The notes below the pieces were generated by a model that saw only the letters and a program-made list of their open reading frames with translations, did no database searches and was not told the origin of the DNA. From an uncultured bacterium (GTDB lineage Bacteria > Hydrogenedentota > Hydrogenedentia > Hydrogenedentales > CAILVY01), in the NCBI GenBank assembly GCA_937951485.1, contig CALEDJ010000029.1, positions 4,589-68,588 on the forward strand: 64,000 nt of DNA. The letters run 5' to 3'. Shown here piece after piece: positions 61,912-64,000 of this stretch. The position numbers and the translations under genes are program-made. The first letter of the stretch is position 1. Every line of letters begins with the position of its first letter.

Positions 61912-62090
61912 TCACCTCCTTTCCTTTTTCCGTTGCATTGCTGTCGCCCTGCAACAGAAAACCCGTGCCGTCGCGAGACGACACGGGAAAGGAGCAATGT
62001 TTCCAAAACTCTATCATCCCACGGTCTCGGCAGGCGTCATTAAGGCCCGAAGGCCGCCGGCTGTCTATGACACGCGGCAGGTGTTTTCTG
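61912..62090 (-). promoter_or_regulatory. rplJ 5' leader, presumed L10 autoregulatory leader region
   Basis: This is inferred from the conserved rplJL operon organisation. The structure was not verified. Confidence 0.3.
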
Positions 62091-62381
62091 TTGTTGTGTC
62101 GGAAAGCCTATCAAAACAGCCCGGAATAAGTCAAACGAAGCCCGGCCGACAAGGTTCTTGACGGCATATAAGGCTCCGGAATATGCCAACACCCTGCAAG
62201 TGTTACGGAAATATTGATATGCGTCCGAATCCATTGCGTCACAGGCGAGGGGATCGCATTTGAAGAACTCGCAATAGCGATCTTTCCGTGCAACTTTCTT
62301 TTCCGATATACTGTTCTACGCGATCTTCGTTCGGGCGCCTCATTTGAAATCGAGGGAATGCAGCAGCGTGGGAGAATATTC

Positions 62382-63332
62382 ATGGCGGCTGGAAAAGGAT
62401 TCAAGATTGCATGCATCGGGGCGGGCAATGTTGGAGCGACACTGGCTCAATACTGCCTGGAAATGGAACTGGGCGATGTGGTGCTGACCGATATTGTTGA
62501 AGGGATGCCGCAGGGCAAGGCGCTGGACCTTACACAGGCCGGGCCGATTCGGGGATATAGTTGCACTGCGGTCGGCACGAATGATTATGCGGATATCCGG
62601 GGCGCCGATCTTGTGATGGTAACCGCGGGCTTGCCGCGAAAGCCCGGCATGAGCCGCCTGGACCTGCTGGAAAAGAATGGCGCTATCATCGCCGGCATTT
62701 GCGACGAAATCCGGGCGCATGCGCCCGATGCCGTGGTGATCATCATCACGAATCCGCTGGATGTGATGGTGTACCTCGCCTTCAAGAAACTGGGATTCCC
62801 CCCGGCGCGCGTGATGGGCATGGCGGGCTGCCTGGACAGCGCGCGGATGCGCGCTTTTGTCGCGATGGAACTGGGCGTGAGCATGACCAACGTGGACACG
62901 ATGGTGCTTGGGTCACATGGGGACGACATGGTGCCGTTGCCACAGTACACGACTGTTTCCGGCATACCGATTACGCGGCTGCTCCCGCAGGAACGCATAG
63001 ACGCCATCGTGGAGCGCACGCGCAAGGGCGGCGGTGAAATCGTACAATTGCTCAAGACCGGCAGCGCGTACTACGCGCCCGCCGCCAGCGCGGCGCGCAT
63101 GGCGCAGGCGATTCTGCGCGATGAAAAACAGTTGTTGCCGTGCGCGGCGTATCTGACTGGACAATATGGTCTCGACGATATTTTCATGGGCGTGCCTTGC
63201 ATTCTCGGCAAGGACGGCGTTGAACGCATTCTGGAACTGGAACTTACGGAGCAGGAGCGCCAGTCGCTGCACCGTTCCGCCGGAGAAGTCCGGACCGGCA
63301 TCGCCGGATTGCAGGAGCGCGGTATCCTCTGA
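62382..63332 (+). CDS. mdh: malate dehydrogenase (LDH-like family)
   Basis: The motifs KIACIGAGNVGATLA and DIVEGMPQGKALDL are present. The ATG at 62382 follows GGGAGAATATTC. Confidence 0.9.
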   Translation: MAAGKGFKIACIGAGNVGATLAQYCLEMELGDVVLTDIVEGMPQGKALDLTQAGPIRGYSCTAVGTNDYADIRGADLVMVTAGLPRKPGMSRLDLLEKNGAIIAGICDEIRAHAPDAVVIIITNPLDVMVYLAFKKLGFPPARVMGMAGCLDSARMRAFVAMELGVSMTNVDTMVLGSHGDDMVPLPQYTTVSGIPITRLLPQERIDAIVERTRKGGGEIVQLLKTGSAYYAPAASAARMAQAILRDEKQLLPCAAYLTGQYGLDDIFMGVPCILGKDGVERILELELTEQERQSLHRSAGEVRTGIAGLQERGIL

Positions 63333-63346
63333 AGCGCTGGACATGG

Positions 63347-64000
63347 CATGGATACACGGCAAACAGTGACGTTGATTGCCATCATGGGGGTGTTTTTCGC
63401 CGGCCTGATTGCCGCCGCGTATTTCGGACAGCGCCAGGCCAGTGATCCCGCCGCCATCAGTACGACCAGGCGTTTTGCGGCCAAGCCGGGCACCATGCGG
63501 GAGAAGGCAATCGCGCTTACGACAAGCAAACGTTCCCTGGAATCCGAGCCCTCTTCCGGCGCGCCTGCGGATGGAGAGGCATTGCGACGGGAACAACCCA
63601 TGCAGGCGTATTCCCTCAGCGGACCAAACGATGAACACCGCCCCGCCTCCACTCCAGAGACGCGAACCGCGCGCGCGGCACTGAACGCTGCAAATCCCGA
63701 AGAAGGCATGCGACAGATCAGGGCGGCGTTGGATATGCCCCATGCCCCGGAGGAAGCCGCCCATCTGTATGCCGCTCTTGGGCAATTGTATTCCCAGTCC
63801 GACCCGCCGGAACTCGCACAGGCGGTGGCGGCTTTCGATGAGGCCTACCGGCTGACCCAAGACCCCGCCATGCGCGCCGCAATCCTGGAACAACAGGCGT
63901 CTATTCTGGCGCAACAGGGTTCTCCGGCCAAGGCCCTGCAGAGGATAGAAGCACTGATGAAGGAGGCTGTCCCGGAGGACTTCGAAGGCATCCGTTTGCG
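63347..64000 (+). CDS. hypothetical membrane-anchored protein with helical/TPR-like C-terminal region, 3'-truncated at window edge
   Basis: This was translated by hand. The N-terminus is MDTRQTVTLIAIMGVFFAGLIAAAYF. The ORF runs off the window end. Confidence 0.3.

Overview
High-GC (about 60-65%) bacterial chromosomal segment, mostly conserved housekeeping genes with a few accessory islands. All calls are from reading the sequence and ORF track by eye, with no database search. The phylum is unclear; a dcw cluster that has FtsZ but no FtsA is a weak clue.

Core genes recognised:
- glgX
- metH
- dnaG and rpoD
- a tRNA with CAT anticodon that closely resembles lysidine-type tRNA-Ile2
- murC, ftsQ, ftsZ and pilT. 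There is no ftsA, and pilT overlaps the ftsZ stop codon.
- engB
- lon, clpX, clpP, tig and tRNA-Leu, with a TauE/SafE transporter gene inserted between clpP and clpX
- serA and icd
- glyA, which has a GTG start behind a strong RBS
- tadA
- a complete mrpABCDEFG cation/proton antiporter operon
- rplJ and rplL
- mdh

Accessory content:
- two tandem xylose-isomerase-like TIM-barrel genes
- aldo/keto reductase
- beta-propeller glycosidase
- YdjC/ChbG deacetylase
- CarboxypepD_reg lipoprotein
- secreted TIM-barrel glycosidase-like protein
- LRAT/NlpC-P60-like membrane-anchored protein
- sulfatase, plus a C-terminal sulfatase remnant
- PIG-L deacetylase
- SIMPL-domain protein
- CgeB-like glycosyltransferase-domain protein
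- PHP histidinol-phosphatase-like protein
- orphan histidine kinase
- an MshM/ExeA-like ATPase with a TPR membrane partner, facing a PilT-like ATPase that has a roughly 150-aa N-terminal extension

The most unusual signals are non-coding:
- Two related tandem arrays at 13399-13609 and 60321-60532. Each is four REP-like hairpins separated by three near-identical 30-32-nt spacers, with matching outer inverted repeats. They are CRISPR-like in layout but are not CRISPR.
- A MITE-like palindromic element family with 23-bp terminal inverted repeats, in two copies.
- Several perfect 18-bp inverted-repeat pairs in regulatory regions.
- A roughly 400-bp AT-rich island inside a 1.45-kb convergent intergenic region.

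No CRISPR array, rRNA, or recognisable defense or toxin system was found.
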